Assembly: GCA_023819145.1 (NCBI GenBank)
Contig: JAMWCW010000003.1
Location: 78,887-142,886, forward strand
Source: Candidatus Omnitrophota bacterium
GTDB lineage: Bacteria > Omnitrophota > Gorgyraeia > DTHP01
Direction: 5' to 3'
Length of the DNA stretch: 64,000 bases
Shown here: positions 31,510-40,839 of the stretch, piece by piece
Layout of the letters: each line of letters opens with the position of its first letter
Numbering within the stretch: position 1 is the stretch's first letter
The notes under the pieces: generated by a model
Seen by the model: only the letters and a program-made list of their open reading frames with translations
Told to the model about the DNA's origin: nothing
Databases searched by the model: none
Translations under genes and position numbers: made by a program

Positions 31510-32598
31510 ATGAAAAAAAGGCGTATTGGAATATTAACCGGTGGAGGAGATTGTCCGGGAATAAATGCGGTAATCCGGGCAGTAGTAAAAACTGCCATAA
31601 ATAATTATGGATGGGAGATTATAGGCATTGAGGATGGTTATTTAGGTTTGATTGAAAACCGCATAAGAGTCCTCACTTATGATGATGTTTCAGGAATTTT
31701 GACTTTAGGAGGGACAATCTTGGGAACTTCTAATAAGACCAATCCCTTTGCTCAGCCTGTTAAATTTAAGAAAAGAGTTATTTTCCGTGACCTCTCCAAA
31801 CGCTGTATAGAGAATTTTAAAAAGATGCGCTTAGAATCGCTGGTCTGTATTGGCGGAGACGGAACCCTGAGGATTGCTTATAAATTTCTTGAGAAAGGGC
31901 TTCCGATAATTGGAATTCCTAAAACCATTGACAATGATGTTTGGAAAACAGACTTAACTTTTGGTTTTGATTCGGCAGTAATAACTGCAACCGAGGCAAT
32001 AGATAAGATCCATACTACCGCCCAGTCACATCACCGCGTAATGATTGTGGAAGTGATGGGAAGGTATGCAGGATGGCTTGCTTTATCATCAGGAATTGCT
32101 GCTGGGGGAGATATAATTTTAATTCCTGAAATTCCCTTTGAGATTGGTAAGATTTGTGAGAAAGTAAAAGAGAGAAATAAAAAAGGGAAGAGATTCAGTA
32201 TCATTGTGGTCGCAGAAGGAGCTCATCTTAAAGGGGGGAAGATGGTTGTGCAGAAAGTAGTAAAGGATAGTCCCGATCCCTTGAGATTAGGAGGAATAGG
32301 GAATTTATTGTCAGAGGAAATTGAAGAAAAAACAGGTATTGAATGCCGCGTGACTGTTTTGGGGCATCTTTTGAGAGGAGGGAGTCCATCTCCTTTTGAT
32401 AGAATTTTAGGCTCAAGGTTTGGAGAATATAGCATAAATTTGATTAAGGGATATAATTTTGGGCAAATGGTTGCTCTGCAAGGAAAAGAGGTGATTTCGG
32501 TGCCTTTAAAGGAGGCGGTGAGTCAGATTAAAAAAGTTCCTCTCGACCATCAATTAATTAAAGTTGCTCTTTCAGTAGGAACATATTTTGGGATTTAG
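31510..32598 (+). CDS. pfkA: 6-phosphofructokinase
   Basis: TGGGDCPG, GGDGT, PKTIDND, EVMGR. Confidence 0.94.
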   Translation: MKKRRIGILTGGGDCPGINAVIRAVVKTAINNYGWEIIGIEDGYLGLIENRIRVLTYDDVSGILTLGGTILGTSNKTNPFAQPVKFKKRVIFRDLSKRCIENFKKMRLESLVCIGGDGTLRIAYKFLEKGLPIIGIPKTIDNDVWKTDLTFGFDSAVITATEAIDKIHTTAQSHHRVMIVEVMGRYAGWLALSSGIAAGGDIILIPEIPFEIGKICEKVKERNKKGKRFSIIVVAEGAHLKGGKMVVQKVVKDSPDPLRLGGIGNLLSEEIEEKTGIECRVTVLGHLLRGGSPSPFDRILGSRFGEYSINLIKGYNFGQMVALQGKEVISVPLKEAVSQIKKVPLDHQLIKVALSVGTYFGI

Positions 32599-32617
32599 GA
32601 ATTCGGATTTCGAATTT
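32587..32617 (-). repeat. Four tandem heptamers, reverse complement of the 26.86 kb repeat
   Basis: tttggga tttagga attcgga tttcgaa, overlapping the pfkA stop. Confidence 0.7.
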
Positions 32618-32623
32618 AAACTT

Positions 32624-33814
32624 ATGAAGAGAAGCGTTAAATTTTATACTTTTGGCTGTAAGGCAAATCAGTATGATACGCAGGTTTTACGAGAAAAATT
32701 TCTTTCCCAAGGTTTTGTAGAAACAGATAATGGTTTTGCTGATGTGTATGTAGTAAATACCTGTGTAGTTACAAAAAGGGCAGAATCGGAGTGCCAAGTT
32801 TTGTTAAATAAATTAAAAAGAAAATTTCCTTATAAAGAGGTTATTCTTAAGGGATGCTTAAAGAGGCTTATAGAAAAAGAGCATAAGGATAAACGGTTCT
32901 CTAAGGACTTGGCAGAAGAAAAGATTACCTTTTTTGCAAAACACAAACGTGCATTTCTAAAAATTCAAGATGGATGTGATAATTTTTGTGCTTATTGCAT
33001 CGTTCCTTATGTAAGGGGAAAATCGACTAGTAAACCTAAGGAATTAGTCATCGAGGAGTTTAAGGGACTTTTGAGAAACGGCTACAAAGAGGTTGTTTTG
33101 ACGGGAATTTGTTTGGGGGATTACGGCAAGGATTTTTTGCCTCCCTCAACCCTTGTGGCATTACTGAAAGAATTAGAGTCTATAGAAGGAATTTTTCGTA
33201 TCCGTTTAAGTTCTCTTGATCCCCAGTATATCGATAATGAGCTGATTGATTTTTTGGCAAAATCTAAGAAAATTTGTCCTCATTTACATATTCCTTTTCA
33301 AAGCGGAGACGATTTTATTTTAAGAAAAATGAACCGTAAATATAGAAGCGATTTTGCTTATGATATAATAAAAAGAATAAGAAAGAAAATACCGGGGATA
33401 ATTTTTACTACTGATATTATGGTAGGTTTTCCTCAGGAAAAAGAAGAAAATTTTAGTAACACTTTAACACTTTTAGAATATTTAAAACCCCTTAAGATTC
33501 ACATTTTTAGATTCAGTCCGCGTCCAGGAACACCAGCGGAAAGTTTTCTTGGAAGAGTTAATTTAAAAGAGGAATTAGAAAGATTTAATTTGCTAAAAGA
33601 GTTGGATAAAAAATTTCGCGATTTTAATTTGAGAAAGTTTTTGAATAGAAAAATTTCTTTGCTTGTTGAAAGAAGAATTTCAAAGGGGGTATTTTCAGGG
33701 CACAGTGAGCATTACTTTAATGTGCTTCTAGAAGCTGAGGGAAAATTAATTGGTGAAATTGCTGAGGTAAAGGGAAAAGAAATCAAAGAAGATAGGCTTC
33801 TGTGTACTTTATAA
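32624..33814 (+). CDS. mtaB: tRNA methylthiotransferase MtaB-like (MiaB/RimO family)
   Basis: TFGCKANQYD, NTCVVT, GCDNFCAYC; follows rsmE; start likely ATG 32624. Confidence 0.85.
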   Translation: MKRSVKFYTFGCKANQYDTQVLREKFLSQGFVETDNGFADVYVVNTCVVTKRAESECQVLLNKLKRKFPYKEVILKGCLKRLIEKEHKDKRFSKDLAEEKITFFAKHKRAFLKIQDGCDNFCAYCIVPYVRGKSTSKPKELVIEEFKGLLRNGYKEVVLTGICLGDYGKDFLPPSTLVALLKELESIEGIFRIRLSSLDPQYIDNELIDFLAKSKKICPHLHIPFQSGDDFILRKMNRKYRSDFAYDIIKRIRKKIPGIIFTTDIMVGFPQEKEENFSNTLTLLEYLKPLKIHIFRFSPRPGTPAESFLGRVNLKEELERFNLLKELDKKFRDFNLRKFLNRKISLLVERRISKGVFSGHSEHYFNVLLEAEGKLIGEIAEVKGKEIKEDRLLCTL

Positions 33815-33885
33815 AGTATAGGCTACTTTTGGTAAGTTGGTGTATTTAAGTGGTTTATGTGCCAAATTTTTAAGAAGTGCTTACC

Positions 33886-33914
33886 TTGACAAAAAGGGTA
33901 TTGTGTGTTATAAT
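33886..33914 (+). promoter_or_regulatory. Consensus sigma70 promoter
   Basis: TTGACA-17nt-TATAAT with extended TG, upstream of cvpA-NIF3-dnaG-rpoD. Confidence 0.8.
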
Positions 33915-33930
33915 TAGAAGGGAGTAGAGA

Positions 33931-34446
33931 TTGTTTCCCAATTTATTAAAGGAATTCAACTGGGTTGATGCAGTTGTTTTAATCTTTATTATTCGCGGGA
34001 TTTTTCGAGGAGCAAAGAATGGGTTTGTCCTTGAGGTCCTGAGTTTAAGCGGTTGGTGTGTTGCTTTATATTTGGCGCTTAAGTTTTATAAAACAATAGC
34101 CTCTACCCTTCATGAACGCACAGAAATTCCCCTTGTGCTGAATGAAGTTTTTATCTTTGGAGGAATTATTATAACCACCATATTACTGGCTAATTTTTTA
34201 GGGCAGATTCTTAAGCGCATAGTAAGGATAAAAGTTGTTGAGAGAATAAGTTTCTATGGTGGAGCGATTTTTGGAGTTTTAAAGGCTTGCGTAATTTTAA
34301 GTGCTCTTTTTTATTTCTTAGGAATCTTGGGTATTTCTTACATTAATAAATCTATACAAGAGAGGTCATTAAGTGGTAGAGCAATTACAAAGTTAGCCAG
34401 TGTTGTTTATCGGAATTTAGGAGCAGTTATAGCGGAAAGTAAATAG
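33931..34446 (+). CDS. CvpA family membrane protein
   Basis: NWVD...GF..EVLSL.G...GAIFGVLKA pattern. Confidence 0.85.
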   Translation: MFPNLLKEFNWVDAVVLIFIIRGIFRGAKNGFVLEVLSLSGWCVALYLALKFYKTIASTLHERTEIPLVLNEVFIFGGIIITTILLANFLGQILKRIVRIKVVERISFYGGAIFGVLKACVILSALFYFLGILGISYINKSIQERSLSGRAITKLASVVYRNLGAVIAESK

Positions 34447-34456
34447 GAGGTGAAAA

Positions 34457-35413
34457 TTGAAACTAAAAACACTATATGAATCGGTGGTAAGAGAGGGAAT
34501 AGAACTTGACCCGCGAGGAAAGGAGAAGGTTCTTAAGACCTTGGAACGGGCAAAAAAGGAATACTCCTCTTTAAAAGAAGAAGAGAAAAAAAAGTTTGAT
34601 TTAGAAAAATTGCGTAATCCTTATTCAGATACAAGAATATTAAACGGAGACCCCGAGCGAGAAGTAAAAACTATCCTTGCAGGAATAGATATGGAAGTAA
34701 GCGAGGTTTTACTTGCGGATAGGTTGAAAGAAAGAGGAAAGAAAATAGATTTGATTATGTCTCATCACCCTGAAGGTCGTGCTTTAGCAGGATTCTACGA
34801 AGTTATGCGGATGCAGGCAGATATTTTGAATAAAATGGGTGTTCCTATTACCGTTGCTGAAGGACTCTTAGGGGAAAGAATTAAAGAAGTGGAGAGAAAG
34901 GTTCTTCCCTTAAATCACACCAGAGCGGTAGATGCTGCGAAGTTGTTGAATTTAGCATTTATCTGTGTACATACTCCTGCGGATAACTGTGTTACAAGTT
35001 TCTTGCAAAAATTGATAGATAAGAAAAAACCGGAGTTTTTAGGTGATATAGTGGAGATACTTCTGGAAATCCCTGAGTATAAATTAGCAGAAGCAAACAA
35101 TGCTGGTCCACAGATTCTTATCGGAGATAGAAATAAGAGAACCGGGAAGATTTTTGTAGAGATGACCGGTGGGACTGAGGGTTCAAAAGATATTTTTAGC
35201 AGACTTGCCCAGGCAGGAGTAGGAACGATTGTTGCTATGCATCTTTCTGAGGAACATTTTAATAAGGCAAAAAGTGAACATATAAATGTAGTTATTGCCG
35301 GCCATATTGCTTCGGATTCGTTGGGATTAAATCTGATTTTGGATGTTTTAGAGAAAGGTGAAAGAATGGAAGTGATTACCTGTTCGGGTTTTCAGAGAGT
35401 AAAACATAGCTAA
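34457..35413 (+). CDS. NIF3/NGG1p-interacting-factor-like metal-binding protein
   Basis: SHHPEG, HTPADN, AGHIASDSLG motifs. Confidence 0.8.
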   Translation: MKLKTLYESVVREGIELDPRGKEKVLKTLERAKKEYSSLKEEEKKKFDLEKLRNPYSDTRILNGDPEREVKTILAGIDMEVSEVLLADRLKERGKKIDLIMSHHPEGRALAGFYEVMRMQADILNKMGVPITVAEGLLGERIKEVERKVLPLNHTRAVDAAKLLNLAFICVHTPADNCVTSFLQKLIDKKKPEFLGDIVEILLEIPEYKLAEANNAGPQILIGDRNKRTGKIFVEMTGGTEGSKDIFSRLAQAGVGTIVAMHLSEEHFNKAKSEHINVVIAGHIASDSLGLNLILDVLEKGERMEVITCSGFQRVKHS

Positions 35414-35472
35414 AGATTATAAATACGCAGATTAAGATTTTTTCATAAAAAGGTAAACAAATTTACAACATT

Positions 35473-37245
35473 ATGGCAGGTTTTATTGGGGATAATGTGA
35501 TTGATGAAATCCTTTCAAGGGTTGATATAGTAGAGTTTATTTCTTCTTACTTTCCTTTGAAGAAAACGGGGAGAAACTTTAAGACAATTTGTCCTTTTCA
35601 TAAGGAAAAAACACCCTCTTTTATTGTAAGTCCAGATAAGCAGATTTTTCATTGTTTCGGTTGTAATGAGGGAGGAAATGCAATACACTTTTTGATGCGT
35701 TATGAACATTTAGAGTTTCCTGAGGCAGTAAAAATCCTAGCTAAACGGGCAGGAGTGGTTATTCCCGAAATCAGGAAGGAATCTAAAGGAGTTCTTGATG
35801 TATATAAGATAAACAATTTAGCAATGCAGTTTTATCACAATATTTTGCTTAATTCTTCTCAAAGCGAAGGGATAAGAAAGTATCTTTCAAAGAGGGGTTT
35901 GGAAAAAGCGACGTGGGAGAAGTTTAAATTAGGTTTTGCTCCAACAGAGGGAAATATTTTGAGAAATTTCCTAAAAAATAAAGGAGTAGCTATGGATTTA
36001 GCAGAGAGGACAGGTTTGATTGTTCATAGAATAGAAAAAGATGGCTACTTCGATTTCTTTCACGGAAGAATTATCTTCCCCATATTTGATATCCGACAAA
36101 GGGTTATTGGCTTTGGAGGAAGAATTCTCGATGATTCTTTGCCGAAATATATCAATACTCCCGAGACAATTGCCTATAAGAAGGGAGAAAATCTCTATGG
36201 GTTAAATTTTACGCGCGAATCAATTCGTGAAAAGGGTGTGGTGATTATTGTAGAAGGATACATGGATTTAATTTCTCTTTATCAAGCAGGGGTAAACAAC
36301 GTTGTTGCTACCTTAGGAACCGCTTTGACTCCAGAGCAGGCACGTTTGATAAAAAGACATACCTCTTCGGTAGTTATTGTTTATGATGGAGACAAAGCTG
36401 GTGAATCTGCTTCCTTGAGAGGGATAGAAGTTTTATTAGAGAGTGGTTTAGAGGTAAGGTTGGTAGCGCTACCTCAGGGTTTTGACCCTGATAGTTTCGT
36501 GCGTTTGAAAGGGAAAGATAATTTTAATAGACTACTTAAAGAAGCAAAAAATATTCTTGAGTATAAGCTACAAACTTTGACACCTCATTATGATATTCGA
36601 AAAATAGAAGATAAGGTTAAGTTGATTAAAGAGATACTACCGACACTGTCTAAAATAGAGAATAAAATAATGCTTTCAGAATTTGTTAAACAATTGGCAG
36701 ACAAACTTTCTGTTTCTGAGGAAAGTGTTTGGATTGAGTTTAAGAAGATTTGTTCTAAGAATAAAAATTTTGAACAGAAGGGTTTTTCTTTGCCAGAGAC
36801 AAACACCGTAATTCCTTCTATCCGAGAGGCAGAGATAACGCTTTTAAAAATTATGCTCAAAGATAAATCCTTAATCAAGGAAGCAAAAGCACTTTTGGGT
36901 GAGGAAGAGTTTCTTAGCCCACAAATAAAAAATATCATAGGTTTACTTTATACTCTTGCGGAAGAAAATAAGCCTATAGAGCCAGCAAGAGTTGTAAATT
37001 ATCTTGGTGAAGTTTCTGCAAATAAGGTGTTTACGCGTTTATTGGTAGAAGAAGATTTTGGAGAAGCAGAACAGAAATTTGATACCGTTTTTTCCGATTG
37101 TGTAAAGAAGTTAAAAGAAGACAACCGTCGGAAAATTTGTTTAAGGCTTAAGGAAGAAATAAGCGATGCTCAGAAGAAAGGTGACACGGAGCGCATTGAG
37201 GAATTGCTTAAAGAATTTAATGCCTTAGCACGACAGAGGGATTGA
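35473..37245 (+). CDS. dnaG: DNA primase
   Basis: CPFH..CFGC zinc finger, EGYMD, DGDKAG TOPRIM motif. Confidence 0.97.
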   Translation: MAGFIGDNVIDEILSRVDIVEFISSYFPLKKTGRNFKTICPFHKEKTPSFIVSPDKQIFHCFGCNEGGNAIHFLMRYEHLEFPEAVKILAKRAGVVIPEIRKESKGVLDVYKINNLAMQFYHNILLNSSQSEGIRKYLSKRGLEKATWEKFKLGFAPTEGNILRNFLKNKGVAMDLAERTGLIVHRIEKDGYFDFFHGRIIFPIFDIRQRVIGFGGRILDDSLPKYINTPETIAYKKGENLYGLNFTRESIREKGVVIIVEGYMDLISLYQAGVNNVVATLGTALTPEQARLIKRHTSSVVIVYDGDKAGESASLRGIEVLLESGLEVRLVALPQGFDPDSFVRLKGKDNFNRLLKEAKNILEYKLQTLTPHYDIRKIEDKVKLIKEILPTLSKIENKIMLSEFVKQLADKLSVSEESVWIEFKKICSKNKNFEQKGFSLPETNTVIPSIREAEITLLKIMLKDKSLIKEAKALLGEEEFLSPQIKNIIGLLYTLAEENKPIEPARVVNYLGEVSANKVFTRLLVEEDFGEAEQKFDTVFSDCVKKLKEDNRRKICLRLKEEISDAQKKGDTERIEELLKEFNALARQRD

Positions 37246-37246
37246 G

Positions 37247-38818
37247 ATGAAAGAGTATAGTTTAAAACAAACAAGATCGGAAAACATACGCAAGCTTCTC
37301 AGTTTAGGTAAAGATAAGGGGTATCTTACCTACGATGAGGTAAACGATATTATCCCTGAGGATGTAGTTTCTTCTGAGGAAATAGATGAGATCTTGCGTA
37401 TTCTGGGAAATGAGAATATTGAGATAGTCGACTCGGTGAAAGAAATAAAACCCGTTTCCTTGCCTGAGGAAGAAGTAGAAACGGTAGAAGAAGGCGAGCC
37501 TCTCCCTGAGGTATTCCCGATGGAGGACCCCGTGAGGATGTATCTTAGGCAGATGGGGCAAATTCCTCTTCTTACCCGTGAAGAAGAGATTTCTTTGGCT
37601 AAAAGGATTGAGGAGGGGGAGAAAATTTATCGTCAGGCAGTTCTAGATTCAAGAGTTGCCAAGAAGCTTATATTGGAAATTATTGATGAAATTTTGGGAG
37701 GGAAACTCAATTTAGAAGAGTTTATAGATGAAGAACCTTCTATGGCGCGAGAAGATACGATTAAACGTCTTGAGAAACTTGCTAAGAAATTGAAACAGAC
37801 ACGCGAAAGAGATAAGATTATTAAGATCGTTAACCAATTTCTTCTTACCCCCTCTGCGATTGAGGAAACTGCGAAAAGGATGAAACTACTCTGTGACGAG
37901 ATAGAAAAAATAAATCGCAAAATTTACAATTTCAGAAAAAAACGCAAACGTACAATAACTGCTCTCTTGATGCGCGAGAAGAAAAAAATTGAACTTATCT
38001 TTGGTGAGTCCTATGAGAGAATTAAAGAACGGATGGTAGACATCAAGAAAAAAGAATTGCGCTATCTAAGAGCAAAGAGGGCATTAGTAGAGGCAAACCT
38101 TCGTCTGGTAGTGAGTATTGCTAAAAAATACACCAACAAAGGATTGTCTTTCTTGGACCTCATTCAAGAAGGAAACATTGGCTTGATGCGAGCGGTGGAT
38201 AAATTTGAATATCGTCGAGGATATAAATTCTCTACCTATGCCACGTGGTGGATTCGCCAGGCGATTACTAGGGCAATTGCTGATCAATCGCGGACAATTA
38301 GGATACCAGTGCATATGACGGAAACAATTAATAAGCTTATTCGCGTCTCTCGGAATATCGTGCAGGAAAAAGGAAGGGAGCCTACCGCTGAAGAGATTGC
38401 TAAAGAGATGAAGATGCCTGTGGATAGGGTAAGAGGGATATTGAAAATTGCGCAGGAACCCATTTCATTACAGACACCAGTTGGCGATGAAGGAGATACG
38501 CATTTTGGAGACTTTATTGAGGATAAAACCGCAGTATCTCCCGCAAATGCTACTGCCTACTCTTTGCTTAAAGAGCAGTTAGAATCCGTGCTTGATACCC
38601 TTACGGATAAAGAGAAAAGGGTGCTTAAATATCGTTTTGGAATTGGTGATGGCTGTCCGCGAACCTTAGAGGAGGTCGGAGCGCTTTTTAGGGTTACCCG
38701 TGAACGGGTGCGTCAGATTGAGGCGAAGGCATTGCGCAAGCTCCGCCATCCTATACGCAGTAGAAGGTTAAAGAATTTTATAGATATGGTCCTTTCCCAG
38801 CAGAAGCAGACCTTATGA
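37247..38818 (+). CDS. rpoD: RNA polymerase sigma factor RpoD
   Basis: [36 protein letters not shown]. Confidence 0.97.
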   Translation: MKEYSLKQTRSENIRKLLSLGKDKGYLTYDEVNDIIPEDVVSSEEIDEILRILGNENIEIVDSVKEIKPVSLPEEEVETVEEGEPLPEVFPMEDPVRMYLRQMGQIPLLTREEEISLAKRIEEGEKIYRQAVLDSRVAKKLILEIIDEILGGKLNLEEFIDEEPSMAREDTIKRLEKLAKKLKQTRERDKIIKIVNQFLLTPSAIEETAKRMKLLCDEIEKINRKIYNFRKKRKRTITALLMREKKKIELIFGESYERIKERMVDIKKKELRYLRAKRALVEANLRLVVSIAKKYTNKGLSFLDLIQEGNIGLMRAVDKFEYRRGYKFSTYATWWIRQAITRAIADQSRTIRIPVHMTETINKLIRVSRNIVQEKGREPTAEEIAKEMKMPVDRVRGILKIAQEPISLQTPVGDEGDTHFGDFIEDKTAVSPANATAYSLLKEQLESVLDTLTDKEKRVLKYRFGIGDGCPRTLEEVGALFRVTRERVRQIEAKALRKLRHPIRSRRLKNFIDMVLSQQKQTL

Positions 38819-38836
38819 ATTAGGTTAATATAAGCA

Positions 38837-38959
38837 ATGCGTTGGATATTGATGTTGTTGATTTTTTTGGTATTGAGCGGTTGTAGTAGGGGAAAATTTT
38901 CTATGCAGGATGGTTCAGCAAAATTTTCCTTTCCCTTTGAGCTTCCTAAGAAAGAGTAA
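38837..38959 (+). CDS. Putative 40-aa lipoprotein MRWILMLLIFLVLSGCSRGKFSMQDGSAKFSFPFELPKKE
   Basis: LSGC lipobox after a hydrophobic core; TAATG overlap with the next ORF; not in the ORF track. Confidence 0.55.
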   Translation: MRWILMLLIFLVLSGCSRGKFSMQDGSAKFSFPFELPKKE

Positions 38960-39462
38960 TGAAGAATAAAAGAGGGAAAATGCAGGTATTAGTAGTGTAT
39001 TATTCAAGGACGGGTAATACTAAGCGTTTAGCAGAGGAGATTGCAAAGGGCGTTAGAGAAGTAGAAGGTGTAGACTGCTTGTTAAAAGAGATTTCCCAAG
39101 TAACAAAAGAAGATTTTCTTAATTCTCAAGGAATTATTGCAGGTTCTCCTGTTTATTTTGGGACGATGGCAGGGGAGTTAAAAGAAATTTTTGATAAATT
39201 TGTAGGCATAAGAAGTAAGATGGAGAACAAAATAGGTGCAGCCTTTACTACCAGTGGAGACCAAGCCGGAGGAAAAGAAACTACCTTAATGTCCATAATT
39301 CAGGCAATGCTTATTTATGGAATGATTATTGTGGGTGATCCTTTGGATGCTACAGGACACTATGGAGTTTCTTGTTGCGGAAGTCCTGATAAAGAAACAT
39401 TAGATAATGCAATAAAATTGGGAAGAAGAGTTGCAACTTTAGTGGGAAAATTATATTCTTAA
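38959..39462 (+). CDS. Flavodoxin/WrbA-like NAD(P)H oxidoreductase
   Basis: YYSRTGNT, GSPVYFG, GGKETT; alternative start ATG 38980. Confidence 0.88.
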   Translation: MKNKRGKMQVLVVYYSRTGNTKRLAEEIAKGVREVEGVDCLLKEISQVTKEDFLNSQGIIAGSPVYFGTMAGELKEIFDKFVGIRSKMENKIGAAFTTSGDQAGGKETTLMSIIQAMLIYGMIIVGDPLDATGHYGVSCCGSPDKETLDNAIKLGRRVATLVGKLYS

Positions 39463-39498
39463 TTAATAAGGTCATAAAGCATAAAGAAGGAGAGCGAA

Positions 39499-40464
39499 AT
39501 GGCAGTAAAAGAGTTAGTTTTAGAGAAATTGGATGTGAATAAATTTATTGAAGAAAAGGTAAAAGAGATTAAAGAAACTGTAGGTAAAGAGATTGCTATA
39601 AACGCTTTATCAGGTGGGGTAGATTCTTCAGTAGTTACCATGCTTGGGTTCAAGGCCCTTGGAGAACGTCTTAAAACATATTTTATAGAGAATGGACTAA
39701 TGCGTGAGGGAGAGTCAGAGAAGGTAGTGTCTCTCTTTAAGCGCTTAGGGGTTCCAGTAGAGATTATAGACGCACGTAAAGAATTTTTTTCTGCTTTAAA
39801 GGGAATAACTGATCCTGAGGAGAAGCGCGAGGCCATTACCAGAGCATTCTATCGTGATGTTTTTGTAAAGTTGGTGAAAAAAACAGGAGCAAAGTTTCTT
39901 CTGCATGGAACAATTTATACGGATATTGAGGAAACGGTAGCGGGGATAAAAAGACAGCACAACATATTAGAACAATTGGGCATAGATACCGAAGAACAAT
40001 TTGGTTACAGAGTTATTGAACCGCTTTTACAATTGCGTAAACCTGCGGTGCGAGAAGTTGCTCGAGCTTTGGGTTTGCCGGAGGAAATATACAAAAGACC
40101 TCCTTTTCCCGGTCCTGCCCTCTCTGCGAGAGTGATTGGAGAAGTTACCCCCGAGAAAATTAATTTAGTAAGAAAGTCAACAAAAATTGTTGAGGAAGAA
40201 CTTTCTGAGGTAGGAGCTTTTCAGTATTTGGCAGTTTTACATGAAGATAAAGTTACGGGGATAAAAAACGGAAAAAGAGAGTTTGGTTACCAGATTGAAG
40301 TAAGGTGTTGGGATAGTAAAGATGCGGTAACCGCTTCACCTACGGAACTTTCTTATGAAATATTATTTAGGCTAGCAGAGAAAATTACTGAAGCGATTCC
40401 TCAAGTAGTAAGTGTAACTTATAATATAACTTCTAAACCTCCTTCTACCATAGAAGTGGTTTAG
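39499..40464 (+). CDS. Stand-alone GMP synthase ATP-pyrophosphatase subunit (GuaA B-like)
   Basis: SGGVDSSV PP-loop, PFPGP, SKPPSTIE; no glutaminase domain. Confidence 0.82.
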   Translation: MAVKELVLEKLDVNKFIEEKVKEIKETVGKEIAINALSGGVDSSVVTMLGFKALGERLKTYFIENGLMREGESEKVVSLFKRLGVPVEIIDARKEFFSALKGITDPEEKREAITRAFYRDVFVKLVKKTGAKFLLHGTIYTDIEETVAGIKRQHNILEQLGIDTEEQFGYRVIEPLLQLRKPAVREVARALGLPEEIYKRPPFPGPALSARVIGEVTPEKINLVRKSTKIVEEELSEVGAFQYLAVLHEDKVTGIKNGKREFGYQIEVRCWDSKDAVTASPTELSYEILFRLAEKITEAIPQVVSVTYNITSKPPSTIEVV

Positions 40465-40471
40465 GTTAAAG

Positions 40472-40675
40472 ATGAGCGATATTTTTAAGATTTTATTGAT
40501 TCTTTTTATGCTCCTTTTTCTTCTTCCGTCGTTTATTCGCTTAGCAGGTAATTTCTTTGAGCATTTGGTTTTCGGTAATATGACAAAGACTGAGTTCCTA
40601 GAACATTTTCGCGAGTTTAGTTATGGCCCTACTTTAGATTTCTATAAGGATTTATTCTATAAACTAGCCCACTAG
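40472..40675 (+). CDS. Small hypothetical membrane protein
   Basis: 67-aa ORF with one hydrophobic helix, 7 nt after the previous gene. Confidence 0.55.
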   Translation: MSDIFKILLILFMLLFLLPSFIRLAGNFFEHLVFGNMTKTEFLEHFREFSYGPTLDFYKDLFYKLAH

Positions 40676-40750
40676 AATTAGGCTTCTGTTTCCCAAATAT
40701 CAACGGAGCCTCTTTCAAGATTACCTTTCCTAAAGAATATCTTTCCTACC

Positions 40751-40779
40751 TTGACAAAACATTCGATATAAGCCATATC
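40751..40779 (+). promoter_or_regulatory. Putative sigma70 promoter
   Basis: TTGACA-17nt-CATATC; near-copy at 42955. Confidence 0.5.
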
Positions 40780-40839
40780 TTATATGTAAGAATGTCTGAG
40801 AATTTTTTCCGATTTAAAATGAATCTTTCGTGATTTAGG

